Part shown: positions 56,501 through 63,708 of the stretch, in pieces | Numbering within the stretch: the stretch's first letter is position 1 | How the letters are laid out: each line of letters begins with the position of its first letter | IMG/VR virus record: IMGVR_UViG_3300036770_003657 | Span: 310,001-374,000 of that record | Length of the DNA: 64,000 bases | Direction: 5' to 3' (one strand) | Notes under the pieces: model-generated | Databases searched by the model: none | Told to the model about the DNA's origin: nothing | Seen by the model: only the letters and a program-made list of their open reading frames with translations | Translations under genes and position numbers: made by a program

Positions 56501-56786
56501 TAATTATTTCTGGATCAGCTACTAGGGTTTCTACAGTATTGTTTGTCATGACAATACTATTGATTCTATCTTCAGGGCCAATGCTTAGAAAAGTATAGGG
56601 ATTGAATTCGGAAACAACTTCACCTAAAGTAACAATATAGGATAAGTTGTTCCACCTAGTAAAACCATCACCTATTTTAAAGTTTTTTTGATCTAGGTCA
56701 ACCCCAATCTCGCCCTGTGCAAGAATCGGGTTAATATCTATCCAGTTTTGTCTTGAATCTCTTCTTAATTGAATCCTTTTGGCCAT
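44502..56786 (-). CDS. Giant (~4.1k aa) tail fibre/virion structural protein
   Basis: N-term RIQLRRD...NPILAQGEIG...FKIGDG (Mtd N-like); C-term YADLAENY...VALQGRVPVKV...IGKALE (tail-fibre/peptidase G2-like); many internal repeats. Track start 56831. Confidence 0.85.
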   Translation of the reverse strand: MAKRIQLRRDSRQNWIDINPILAQGEIGVDLDQKNFKIGDGFTRWNNLSYIVTLGEVVSEFNPYTFLSIGPEDRINSIVMTNNTVETLVADPEIITVNVKTILSDNTPSLDPYTGTLIVSGGVGIGGDLNVAGDIVANSINVEEEILANIQGNITGNLFGDVFGDIYSDSGVKVLENGTNGTDATFTGELLGRITQTTGTSQISSLLLNGGFINSTIIGNSGPTLITGTVITASVKFVGKLEGNVVGDLYAADGTTKILDNGTGGPTNVLSYQPPVFYGNVEGSISGNFAGDIYAEDGITKVLENGTGGAPLDSGYVEAEFIGKVSGNITSYGLSRLDQVDINGGNIDATVIGAEEPRAITGTIIEATERFIGEFEGTIIGPSTGDIFAENVSVKVFENGTNGFDAKAYTDIILYKDTGGVVTETVILDRGTTGTDAMYTGNVTGDVTGDLTGDVDATNIETDILDVLDNATIENLTVNLETNLDGQVYAKANIGSTDTTTGTVVVTGGVGISENLHVGGNLDVTGTSNFTGTITSNDINADNIDANTLDTTGNVNIGGDLDVTGQATLGSLLLDDITVNNITVNNNVYIAEDLTVDGTSTLANVDINSGTIDNTRIGETTPSTIRSTLINTDGLNVNNQGEIRLKELTSNGNNYVGLRAPAGTTPEEFVNSYTLTFPRVLGVDGSILSLNRDGNKLEFVSADLFGGGQVAVSATNGDDNFDGINKPVKTIKRALQIASNLVYKQRNEFNDQTCFRDVGLIIDAIGYDLIYGSNWQSVKAGFTYSNATASAVLISQKDITIRALNYLLLKAVDTQSGTEATEVAASIQSITNILANTYAGDLINVVDVSYPVTDLVAGITYEIEVLGSTDWNAVAGTTGESYTVGDTFVAAVPGTGDGIAKIPTILPAITMPTPAGLPVGYVNAKDLLLDNIEYIVDQGTNYVNNTFLGFSYTGPTVTKCERDMSLVIEGAIYDIVLGTNLNTRQNQYSYDRQNQLGTFYNQKIQTAAALKQLYRESEQYVTSGTFFLSYKNKVQEIIDFLEEGYPAIDAVSFTDPSNAEVAVLNAKNQLQTNKAFIREEVIAWLIDTYPSYASTPGSIIDKCRRDVEFIVDAITYDVLYGGNSATYSNAEAYIFGAVLQLGAGEKAQTLAAYTRLQEIIGDIVNAVPITKSSTNLLTQDTSLYPATNSEQTIKCQDLVDIIIDVITDENTSSLNNKVFPDISSANPTTQLNFGLIQENKAAIITGVSQFITVEFNNFTYNEEKCARDIRYLVYSLAYDLMYGGNSQTIDAAKKYFSYGMGLPIFNDRQASAITYRYLKEEIINLVLENDLNAFGVGDPASSAAIDKAQELLGYVVTIIDQGPSQAPNTEYPNATPISPTKSDARAALLADKEIIQTETVAFVADYIPNEKRIVIAVASGDYYEDNPIIIPDNVSVVGAGLRACNIRPLNAGKDMLRVRNGCYFTEITFRDALDVNNIPSFTFDYAVAFDDPADPECSRVGYTRLPNNKPVISISPYVQNCSIISFLGGNGVLVDGSKVRTPNIPVNQIEAENPVEGPAPQQGKSMVGNAFTMLSFGGTGYRVINDAYAQIVSCFQIFCLNGSYCQSGGYLSITNSATNFGQFALRANGYSPNAFDFNKGIVVATGSAGAQQTITAIGFGDLPVQHYVIRFRNPVYRETYSTILNNKEELRDALITWIDSQVTANTAPYYTGFTYDQDTCRRDTLLVLEAVAYDVLTGGNSKSVEAGVAYSTSTVAALINQRTQNIAAFQELKSLTIALVHPDAQSRVGDLFDIIIDIIDSIINVPEIVDYSNIGDVTNSYKQVDDQVPFTPSNNVTIPGTSPAQIEPVINVNTNVITIPAHGFQNTEKIVYRANGNSLIKGLYDEQTYVIKILNANQFELYLDDGFEIKAKFTAPLPTGEHLLLKNIKEFFIDDLTESHVVYQKLQVEPPPIGQSYTFIPGRVIEGTTSGITPNRAYIFSWDPTTRSLVVSVEKVLVGENFIRNNFTLDTVIQYDNGSPAILNIDVTDVQNVDNLYTATFKILATTSGNELINLETLPSKQIWLHRPSIVNSSSHTWEYAGSGTDYNALPQNGGRTRVEYEQVSELPGRVYSSGTNELGDFKVGDFIKAENKTGNVQFTNTVSIAALDALKLAVGNITIEEFSADIDLGDNEVGGPSHNRLSTQLAVRSFLENRLGDFIDKELTTTTQPGGIPQLNALGKLSADQIPPLRNFLVYRSNGYRSRLNLVNTVPPTSILNGDLAIETYSGVSLTLDGVLVAVDGDLILQASSGATGRVVGGNNSTTVVIGSLGEFFDDTFDTVGEITLNGASTGLTPTLVGGIIPDQNTNYILSELDSKQILLLDPTQTYDFTGVTSVTGSNSQAQGTIEYIVEGVANALDNSNDPVTGLAGGSGYTQPPSGFYTDVPLTGGSGTGARADLFLSGGVVTNVVLTAGGSGYTTVDRLSANDANLNGRTGGSAFSVKVSQIQNRVYVDIVGALKFNANSIAPEFTEDANVVTKTTDQLDSTVVATFNAASTGSGGNVNTALSRITIVGHPFDDGDAVQYNAGFGTPLGGIVNNSIYYVKSIDADTIELYTTYSLSTKLTIVNSGAGNQTLTLSILDITKDTVYIPDHGFATGDAVKIIAADPPYGILTNSIFFVGSVTTNTFTIHEGRADAVASTLGLTIGAFNFTNTGTGVASFRKQSIKIIGVVDNASILAENWSSLSASNIDTTNIVSGIMSTTRLAIGTANSNTFLRGDSTWAKAVQKIKKPSVDSAITITGPFFDPGPGGIQEFYNEVTVGVDVVSGGQENANIPGHTNLGVASFNKSQFEVGTGGSQGAVGIKSGVVDAGTLDGQDGLYYLTPSNIIGQVPVDKGGTNIASYTVGDMLYASGSTIIQKLPIGDTNSVLNVQPVSLGSANKRPVWTDSITLNGLTVNGNVNITGAASTLNAYDIQMDDNNIELGSVEPISSRSGNINFTAIGALTTTITASTAGMIPGMTLSRVSGGQLGANPRVTAINGANLFTFTADTPPDQISPNGVAVVFNTGGITDATAAGGGITIKGTTDKLFRWIQSTSSWTSSENMDLATGKTYKINGVDVLSSTTLGSGVVNSSLTGVGTISTGTWQASIISPTYGGTGVNNGTKTITLGGNLTTSGAYASTFTMTAATSVTFPTTGTLATLAGTEALTNKTVNGMTISNSTGTFTLANAKTLTASNTMTFQATDGSTINFTTGGQVIYKAAPTIDDPTFNITYNGSGALTSVTLQSAYTTDFKTRFTSVGTTNRFSWLTNLNWNGSAFVKDNNLKSHWAIDKVITVTDTTSYIAFTYGGPTNLASADKFKVFGTGRIEMAGNISSTNTSTGTLIVTGGVAVTENLNVGGNFNVTGNTVIGGNLTVSGTTTTINTETIELADNIIVLNSNETAEPTQNAGIEIERGTDTNVSLLWDESVDKWTFGAGSTVIAGTFQGSVSGGLSGNADTATKLATARTIALTGDVSGSVTFDGSNNVSMTTTIGIDSVALGTDTTGNYIAAVSSGTPGSQTGTSGLTISGSGEGVTVNISHADTSSVGNLSSDNSGNTFIQDISFDFDGFGHVTSASVATATVSIGNGTLTVQGNNGLTGSGTFTANQSTAGTITLSHADTSSVGNLSSDNSDNTFIQDISFEFDGYGHVTAASVATATVSIGNGTLTVQGNNGLTGTGTFTANQSTAGTITLGHANSAITAGTVSDGGATRTLAFGGTFKIPSVTYDAYGHITGTNTITLTMPANPDTNTTYSAGTGLSLSGTTFNHSNSVTAGTISDGGATRTLAFGGTFKIPSVTYDANGHITGTSSITLTMPANPDTNTTYSAGTDLSLSGTTFNVSSATANTASTLVKRDASGNFSAGTITATFSGNLTGNVTGNVSGSSGSCTGNAASASTSSQVTINYNNDSNSTYQMLWGSGNSVYGTGGIYCNPATDTLYASVFNGVATQAKYADLAENYLADAKYEEGTVLMIGGVNEVTIGTDLTRKVVGVVSKNPAHLMNSELEGEHVVAVALQGRVPVKVRGKISKGDMLVSAGDGYAKAHDDPRMGMVIGKALEDFDGDEGVIEVVVGRL
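45241..45650 (-). repeat. Two ~216-nt tandem repeats in the fibre gene
   Basis: GTAGTATTAGTATCTGGATTAGCTGGCATAGTCAATGT at 45256 and 45472. Confidence 0.85.
45650..46110 (-). repeat. Two ~231-nt tandem repeats in the fibre gene
   Basis: CTGCTTAAATTACCTACACTGCTAGTGTCAGCATGA at 45841 and 46072. Confidence 0.85.
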
Positions 56787-56870
56787 TATTGTCTCCAACT
56801 GTAGTTTGGAGATAGCCTCCAAACCGCCCATAATAGTATTTATTAGGAACGATTTGGATAGTAAACTAGT

Positions 56871-57161
56871 TTAATTCAATGCGATTCCTGAGGTTTTACT
56901 TAGATATTGCTTGGCAATCTCTGTGTCTGTTATAGCATGTGTGATAATTCCACTTTTATTAATTGCATATTCATCATCTGGATTTACTGTAAACATAAAA
57001 GGAACCATGCCCATTCCTTGTTGATTCATCATTAATACACTGGGTTTAGTTATGTACATTGTAGTGTCATCCTCACGTACAAACCTACCTAATATTTCTT
57101 CACCGCTGCTTAATTTAAAGCTTACTACGTCATTATCTTTGTATTTTTTTGCTAATAGCAT
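56871..57161 (-). CDS. Conserved small phage protein (Sm-like fold possible)
   Basis: VSFKLSSGEEILGR...P.VL......M.P. Confidence 0.65.
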   Translation of the reverse strand: MLLAKKYKDNDVVSFKLSSGEEILGRFVREDDTTMYITKPSVLMMNQQGMGMVPFMFTVNPDDEYAINKSGIITHAITDTEIAKQYLSKTSGIALN

Positions 57162-57391
57162 TATGCCGCCTTTTGAAAGTATTTTGCTAGTTCATTATAA
57201 CCACCAATATGTTGTTCATCTAAAAATATTTGTGGTACCGTACGAGCTGTTGGTACTGCTTCTAATAACTCTTCCTTAGTCCATCCATCACCAATTTTAC
57301 GTTCTTCAAACTCAATGCCTTTTAATTCTAATAGGCTCTTGGCCTGATCACAATAGGGGCAATGATACTTACTCCAGATAATAGCCTTCAT
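57161..57391 (-). CDS. Glutaredoxin
   Basis: CPYC, RTVPQIF, IGGY. Confidence 0.95.
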   Translation of the reverse strand: MKAIIWSKYHCPYCDQAKSLLELKGIEFEERKIGDGWTKEELLEAVPTARTVPQIFLDEQHIGGYNELAKYFQKAA

Positions 57392-57403
57392 CTTAGTTCC
57401 TTT

Positions 57404-58501
57404 CTAGAATTGAGGAAGTTCATCATAGTTAATAGCATCACTCATGACACCAATAACATAGTTAGTTGATTCGTTTTCCTGTAATGCTGTTTGTTTCTTA
57501 CTAGTATCGCTATGTTTGTTAAACCACGGAATAGGATTGGTCTTGATGTGTGTAGCATATTTTAATCCTATTTCCTTTAGTGCTGATACTGCTGTATAAT
57601 CAACAAAATCCTTTAGAATGTTAGCATTAAGTCCAATAACAGGTCCACGCTTAAACAAGTAGTCAGCCCAAGCCTTTTCTTCTCGTATAACATCCATATA
57701 TAAGGCATAGACTTCTGCTTCACATTCTACTTTGGCCTGTGCGAACCTTGGATCTTCCTTGACCACTTGATTGATCAACCAGCCTGTCCATCCCTTGTGT
57801 AATAATTCATCCTGTAGGATAAGACTGATAATGTTGCCATTTCCAATAAAGATCTTGTTCTCTACCATGGCTAGGCTAGTAGCAAAACTTACCATAAATC
57901 GTAGTGCCTCAAGAGCATAACTGGCATTAAGTGCTAGCCAAATTGCTTTGATATGATGGTCTACAGCGACTTCTGTACCTGTTTCTTTGAAGCAATTTAA
58001 TTGATGTAACTGCTCATAGTATCGACCTACACTAGCAGCCATATCCACAATCTCTTGTGTGTCATGTATGGTGTTAAACACATCTTTAGGTACATTATAA
58101 ATGTTACGAATGATATGACTGTAGCTACGACTATGTATATTAGTCTCGAAGAATGTCCAGTTGTACACTAATGCTTCTAGTTCAGGTAAACTTACTACTG
58201 GAGTAAAGATTTGACTGGGCCCACGTCCTTGTAAACTATCCAATGCTGTTTGACGCAATAAGTTACTAGTGAAAATATGTTTTACTGCTTCACTGGCTTC
58301 TTTAAAATCCTGAGCATCTTTAACTAGGCTGATCTCCTCTGGTACCCAAAAGAAACCACGTGCTGTTTTTTCAAAGTCTGCTATTTTATTATATTTGACT
58401 TCTTCAAATCGTTGTATTGTCACTGGACCTGCTGGGTCAAGGAACATTTTACGATGTAGGTAGTCTGTCTTTGTGTGTAAGTTATATTGTTGTTTGCTCA
58501 T
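57404..58501 (-). CDS. nrdB: Ribonucleotide reductase class Ia beta subunit
   Basis: FWVPEEI, ETNIHSRSY, LEALRF, DELLH, ALQENE. Confidence 0.97.
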   Translation of the reverse strand: MSKQQYNLHTKTDYLHRKMFLDPAGPVTIQRFEEVKYNKIADFEKTARGFFWVPEEISLVKDAQDFKEASEAVKHIFTSNLLRQTALDSLQGRGPSQIFTPVVSLPELEALVYNWTFFETNIHSRSYSHIIRNIYNVPKDVFNTIHDTQEIVDMAASVGRYYEQLHQLNCFKETGTEVAVDHHIKAIWLALNASYALEALRFMVSFATSLAMVENKIFIGNGNIISLILQDELLHKGWTGWLINQVVKEDPRFAQAKVECEAEVYALYMDVIREEKAWADYLFKRGPVIGLNANILKDFVDYTAVSALKEIGLKYATHIKTNPIPWFNKHSDTSKKQTALQENESTNYVIGVMSDAINYDELPQF

Positions 58502-60831
58502 AATACGCAGGAATCGCAGTCCTCCTCCATTTCTATCTCTGTGTAATCCATTTTACTTTCTATACTAGCACCATTGGTATACTTAATATCTGCCTTGGCG
58601 CCTTGTTTATCTATTAGGCTGTAATAGAATGTTTTGATTCCCCAAATATGTGCCTGCATAAGGTTTTTCGCTATCAATGTACTAGGTACTTTACGATCAG
58701 GAAAATGTTTGGGACTATAAAATGTGTTTGTACTAATGCTTTGATCCACATAGGCTGCTAGAACTGCTGCTGTTTTAATATAGCCAACGCAGTCTGTTTG
58801 TTCCCACATTAGTTGATACTTGTTTTTAAGTTTGTGGTATTCTGGAACTACCTGTGTAAAACTACCTGCCTTACTTTCCTTAGTACTAATAAGGCTCATG
58901 GGTAATTCTATACCATTAGTGCTGTTGATTACTACACTGCTAGATTCAACAGGAGCAATAGCCATTAAGGTAGCATTACGCACACCATACTGTATCATAT
59001 TTTGTCTAAGTGGTTCCCAGTCTAGTTCTGGAGTAAAGTCTGCTAGTTCATTAACACCCTTGGCTCTACGCTCCCACGGAAAGACTCCTTTGCCATAGTG
59101 GGTTAGTCTACTATCCTTGCATGGACCACGTTCTTTGGCTAATTCAACTGTGGCTTCTGTTAGATAAAATGCTTGATGTTCCATCCAACTTTTAACTTCT
59201 GCTAGAGCATCCTTATCACCATACTTTAGGCCACGTTTGGCATGCCAGTAGGCCAAATTAGTAACACCAATACCTAATGGCTGTATTTCATCATTGCTTA
59301 ATTTGCTCTGTATGCTTAAGTAATCTTGGTAATCAAGAATGTTACAAAGGCTACGCTGGAGTATACGGCAAGCACGACGCATATCCTCAGGGTTGCGGAA
59401 GCAGCCCCAGTTAATTGACCCCAAGGTGCATAAAGCGATGCGGCCTTCTTGATCATCAAGTCTTTTGAATGTGCGTGTAGGAAGCAGGATTTCACAGCAT
59501 AAGTTACTTTGGTATATGGGATGATGCAGGGGATCAAATGGTCCTTGGTTCAATACGTTATCTATGAACACAAGGTATATGCGTCCTGTATCAGTTCGTT
59601 CCTTAAGTATGCCTCCCTTAAATACTTCCTCGGCACTCATAGTCTTTTTGCGTAGACCTGGTGTCTTCTCGTATTTAACATACAATTCTTCAAATAGTTC
59701 AACATCTCTATAAAATGCTTCATAGAGATCTGGAACTTCATTGGGGTCAAAAAATGTTATGTCTTTTTGTTCTCTGAATCTTCGCCAGAAGAAACTCGAA
59801 AGCACAACCCCATAATCCATATGTCGTACCCTGGTTTCCTCTGTTCCTTGGTTGTTTTTGAGAACAATGAGATCATCAAACTGATGATGCCAAATAGGAT
59901 AAAACACAGTGGCACTAGCATTGCGTATTCCACCTTGACTGCAACTCCTTAAATCGCCGAACCACTTTTTGAGGAAAGGTAGCATGCCTGTATGCATGAT
60001 CTCTCCACCCCTAATCGGACTACCTAATGGTCTGAGGCGTCCTATTTCCAAACCTATACCAGCACGTTTGCTGGCATATTTAGCCATCATTTCGCCGCTA
60101 GCAAATATACTGTCAAGATCATCGTCACTGCGGATAAGCACACAGCTAGAAAACTGTTTGGTAGGAGTACCAAGACCAGCAAGCACAGGAGTGGCAAGAG
60201 TAAAGAGCCCATCAGAGGCAGCATTGTAATATTCCCTTATGTAACGCATACGAGCAGTGTTAGGTTCTTCCTTATGAAATATAGTGGCAGCGGCTACCAT
60301 ATAACGTACTTGTGGAGTTTCGTAGGTTTCTTTTGTACTACGATTCTTTACAAGATACTTTTCAATAAGTTGTTCAATAGCAGCATAGCTATATTGGAAG
60401 TCTTTGTCGTGATCAATCATATCATTCATACGATTCCAATCAGCTTCAGTATACCACTCTAGTAGTTCTTTAGTATACAGACCAGTAGCTATGTTGCGTT
60501 TAATGATTTCATAAAGATGAGGTATTTCGCTACTACCATATACATCTTTACGTAGCATATGGTATCGTTGACGACCTGCTACATATTGATAGTTAGTGTT
60601 ACCAATGTCTGGATTTGACTCCACATCAATAAGATCAACAATAGCACGTAAGGTAATTTCATCTATCTCTCTAGTAGTAATACCATCATAGAAATGAGGG
60701 TTACTACGTATTTCAATCATACTTTGGCTTACATCAGCAATGCCATTACATATTCTTGATACTTGGGCTTGCCATTTTGTGAGATCTAAAGGCTCTCGGC
60801 TACCATTACGTTTTACTACAGTTATATTCAT
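58498..60831 (-). CDS. nrdA: Ribonucleotide reductase class Ia alpha subunit
   Basis: ATP-cone VVKRNG, FSSCVL, SNLCCEI, C-terminal CDSC; no intein evident. Confidence 0.97.
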   Translation of the reverse strand: MNITVVKRNGSREPLDLTKWQAQVSRICNGIADVSQSMIEIRSNPHFYDGITTREIDEITLRAIVDLIDVESNPDIGNTNYQYVAGRQRYHMLRKDVYGSSEIPHLYEIIKRNIATGLYTKELLEWYTEADWNRMNDMIDHDKDFQYSYAAIEQLIEKYLVKNRSTKETYETPQVRYMVAAATIFHKEEPNTARMRYIREYYNAASDGLFTLATPVLAGLGTPTKQFSSCVLIRSDDDLDSIFASGEMMAKYASKRAGIGLEIGRLRPLGSPIRGGEIMHTGMLPFLKKWFGDLRSCSQGGIRNASATVFYPIWHHQFDDLIVLKNNQGTEETRVRHMDYGVVLSSFFWRRFREQKDITFFDPNEVPDLYEAFYRDVELFEELYVKYEKTPGLRKKTMSAEEVFKGGILKERTDTGRIYLVFIDNVLNQGPFDPLHHPIYQSNLCCEILLPTRTFKRLDDQEGRIALCTLGSINWGCFRNPEDMRRACRILQRSLCNILDYQDYLSIQSKLSNDEIQPLGIGVTNLAYWHAKRGLKYGDKDALAEVKSWMEHQAFYLTEATVELAKERGPCKDSRLTHYGKGVFPWERRAKGVNELADFTPELDWEPLRQNMIQYGVRNATLMAIAPVESSSVVINSTNGIELPMSLISTKESKAGSFTQVVPEYHKLKNKYQLMWEQTDCVGYIKTAAVLAAYVDQSISTNTFYSPKHFPDRKVPSTLIAKNLMQAHIWGIKTFYYSLIDKQGAKADIKYTNGASIESKMDYTEIEMEEDCDSCVL

Positions 60832-60872
60832 AATTTATTTTAACAACTTTACTAGTATAATACAAGAACAAA

Positions 60873-62612
60873 TTAAGTCAAAACCTTATATGTATAGGTC
60901 AATGTGCCTTCTTCAAAAGGTTGTTGATCAACACTAAGTGATTGATGTTGGTATGTCAATACAATTTCCTTTTGGTTCTGTATTGAATTTATCTGTTCTA
61001 CAGCCCTAAAGATTAATTTTTCATCCTCAGGAGTAATATTTCCAGTAGCGTTAGTAGTTAATCCATACCCTATATATTCATAATCATCGTATAAATTAAT
61101 AATAGGAAGCGTCAAAGTGTTAGCTCTAAAATCTACAATTACTGTAAGAGTTCCTTTTCTTATTCTTCTTGATTTTTCATATATTGCAGGACTACCTGAT
61201 GTGGTGTCAAAAGTTTTACTTTGATACAAATAATCTATTTCTATACTCATAGATTCTGGACCAATACCAGTGGTATTGCTCAAAGGAATAGGAAATCTTA
61301 CAAAATTAACAGGATTAGTAGAATAGGTAATCTTTTTTGTTTGGGTAATAAAGTTTTGATTTAATCCATAGCCAGTAAATTCACTAACATATGGTCTAGT
61401 ACTTAGACTGTTGGCTCCGTATTTTGATAATTCTTTATGTCTTAAACTGCTATAATCTAAATTAATATTTCCTGGTACGTCAAATTCAATTTGTCCGTAA
61501 GCAGCATTTTGTATTCCACCATATATATTTCCCACACTTAGAAGATTATTGCTAGAACACATATTACTATATCCTTGTCTAATCTTCACAGCCTGTTTTT
61601 CAATATTGTCAAAGAAGCATGATTTTATTAAATTATGTCTAGGACCTTCATTTGAATTTGCAGATCCTAAAACAACACCTTGACTTAGCGTGATAAATCG
61701 ACTTTCTGATATTGAATTTTTATTGATTGGTCTTGAAGCATAAAACCCAATTTTAAAATTTTTAAATGTTACATTATTTATAGAGCATAAATTAGTATAG
61801 GTAAAAGGTGATAGATCATTTACGTTTCCATTTCTAGGTTCATCAACTCGAAAAGCTATACTATCTATAGCATCTGGAACTACTGCACTTGTTACTAACG
61901 GCCCAATCAGTTCTAGATTACTAAATTCACATTTGGTTACACCGTAAAGATCAAATATTACTGATGGAGTATCAAGATACGATTGAGTTATTGGGTTTGG
62001 TCTAACAATTTCAATAGTTAAATTTGAAATACTTAAATTTCTACATTGATTTACTATCTCAATAGCATTGTTATCATCATGTATACTTTCAAATACATTT
62101 CCTGAACCTATGTATTTTAATATAGTATTTCCTTTTCCTGCACCTTGAATTCTAGTAAAGCTTGGTAATTGTACTGTACTATCAAATATAAAAATACCTG
62201 GACCAATATCTATAACATTTTTACTATCATTTGATGTACCTATGTATAATTTTTCCATTAAAGCATTTAATACATCAGTATTTCTTGATGCATAACTTAG
62301 GTTATCTCCTTCTAATAATCCAAAGTCATTGGCACTTACTCTATCTTCTAGTCTATCAGTAAAACTTCTAAAGATTCCATTATTTTTATAGGTATATCTT
62401 CCTAGGCTAAAGATATCACTATTCTCTGTTAAAATTTCAACATTTTCTAATTGACTAGCACTTCCAATAATGGAAGATCCTATATATAACTGTTTGGTAT
62501 CTATACACCAAGCGAACTCACCGTTGCTTAACTTGATAGGAAGATCACTACTAGGGCTAGCATCTTTAATATCTCTACGTATTTGTATTTTACTTATTTG
62601 AACTACGGCCAT
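60873..62612 (-). CDS. Virion structural protein with beta-helix domain
   Basis: MAVVQISKIQIRR...GEFAW.ID..QLYIG; SANDFG..GD pectate-lyase-like start. Confidence 0.7.
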   Translation of the reverse strand: MAVVQISKIQIRRDIKDASPSSDLPIKLSNGEFAWCIDTKQLYIGSSIIGSASQLENVEILTENSDIFSLGRYTYKNNGIFRSFTDRLEDRVSANDFGLLEGDNLSYASRNTDVLNALMEKLYIGTSNDSKNVIDIGPGIFIFDSTVQLPSFTRIQGAGKGNTILKYIGSGNVFESIHDDNNAIEIVNQCRNLSISNLTIEIVRPNPITQSYLDTPSVIFDLYGVTKCEFSNLELIGPLVTSAVVPDAIDSIAFRVDEPRNGNVNDLSPFTYTNLCSINNVTFKNFKIGFYASRPINKNSISESRFITLSQGVVLGSANSNEGPRHNLIKSCFFDNIEKQAVKIRQGYSNMCSSNNLLSVGNIYGGIQNAAYGQIEFDVPGNINLDYSSLRHKELSKYGANSLSTRPYVSEFTGYGLNQNFITQTKKITYSTNPVNFVRFPIPLSNTTGIGPESMSIEIDYLYQSKTFDTTSGSPAIYEKSRRIRKGTLTVIVDFRANTLTLPIINLYDDYEYIGYGLTTNATGNITPEDEKLIFRAVEQINSIQNQKEIVLTYQHQSLSVDQQPFEEGTLTYTYKVLT

Positions 62613-62637
62613 TGACTTTCCCCTTATCGGGTATTTA

Positions 62638-63354
62638 TCATAGGCTGGTGTAGTATTGCTCTACCCTATCAAACCAACGATGGCTCCAATAATCAAAGTC
62701 CTTAGCCCCTAGTATAAACTGTTGATATACAGGCTCACCCCATTGTCCAGGACTTGTTTCAGGGGGTCTAACACACATCATAATAACACCTTTACGTATA
62801 TCAGTACCATATACAGCATTATGAGCCAGTGCGTAGGCAGTGATCTGTAGGTAATAATCCTCAATCCATTCTAGCTTTTTAGGCTTATTGGTCTGCTTGA
62901 AGTCTAATATACTAGGCTCACCATCATGTAATCCTACGCAATCTGTAGTACCTGCATACATTTCAGGATAGTATAAGGGAACTTCATTGCCCCATATTTC
63001 ATTAATGGCACCAAATCCTTCATCAATTACCTTACGTGCCATTAATAGGCTTTGTTGAGCATATGGGTTACTCACACTGTCCTTGATGCCTTCACCCTTA
63101 ATGTAGCGTTCTAGGAAGGTGTGCATCCTTGTGCCACGAGCAGCGGCTTCTGTAGTAATGGCCTGTGCCTGTGCATGTCCCACACGATTACGCCATTCCT
63201 TCAATGCCTGTTTGGCTTCTTCTGGTTTGGTACGATCAAGTATAGTAGTTACACTGGGTACACGATGTCCATCTGGTGTGGCGTATAAGCGTTTGCCTGA
63301 TGATTCATCTCTGGTTAAGTTTTTATATTGGAATTTTTCTATTAGTAGTGTCAT
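62638..63354 (-). CDS. PD-(D/E)XK exonuclease
   Basis: PSVTTIL, RGT.MH..LE, YAGT.D, ILDFKQ, Y.LQ..AYA. Confidence 0.9.
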   Translation of the reverse strand: MTLLIEKFQYKNLTRDESSGKRLYATPDGHRVPSVTTILDRTKPEEAKQALKEWRNRVGHAQAQAITTEAAARGTRMHTFLERYIKGEGIKDSVSNPYAQQSLLMARKVIDEGFGAINEIWGNEVPLYYPEMYAGTTDCVGLHDGEPSILDFKQTNKPKKLEWIEDYYLQITAYALAHNAVYGTDIRKGVIMMCVRPPETSPGQWGEPVYQQFILGAKDFDYWSHRWFDRVEQYYTSL

Positions 63355-63384
63355 TAAGGAATTATAGCAGAAATTTTTATAATG

Positions 63385-63708
63385 TCAACGTCTTCGGTTA
63401 AGTGCGCTCTTTGCCATACTTTTTGTAAGATTGCCTTTTCCAGGATCACCACCTGACTGTTGTGGTTCTTCACTGGCTCTTGTCTTAAGACGTACACCTT
63501 GTGGGTCAAAGCTACAAATTTCAGCAAAGCTTGGATTGGCTTCAAAGCGTGGACCAAATTTGCTAGGGCTGTCTATACGTTGCCCTAGCACATTTTGTGT
63601 TATATCTCCAAAAGCGGCCCAGTTAATAACTTCTGGGTTGTCTGCACTATCAGCAGAGTTACGCTTGGCTACTAGTAAATCAAATAACTTATCTTGGTTT
63701 TCAGTTAC
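63385..63708 (-). CDS. ORF without a proper start; probably reached by -1 frameshift
   Basis: Open from the A9 run (KVTENQDKLFDL...NRRR*); first in-frame start is GTG at 63591. Confidence 0.5.
   Translation of the reverse strand, partial: VTENQDKLFDLLVAKRNSADSADNPEVINWAAFGDITQNVLGQRIDSPSKFGPRFEANPSFAEICSFDPQGVRLKTRASEEPQQSGGDPGKGNLTKSMAKSALNRRR

Noticed and set aside
44641-56598. Many plus-strand ORFs antisense to the giant fibre gene (likewise within dnaK, nrdA and the R-M gene)
   Set aside because: Antisense shadows from codon bias; no SD or motifs
44502-56786. Diversity-generating retroelement suggested by the Mtd-like N-terminus
   Set aside because: No reverse transcriptase and no adenine-specific TR/VR pair in the window; the duplications are tandem and not A-biased
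57404-60831. Introns or inteins in nrdA/nrdB
   Set aside because: Lengths are typical and continuous, with no intein motifs
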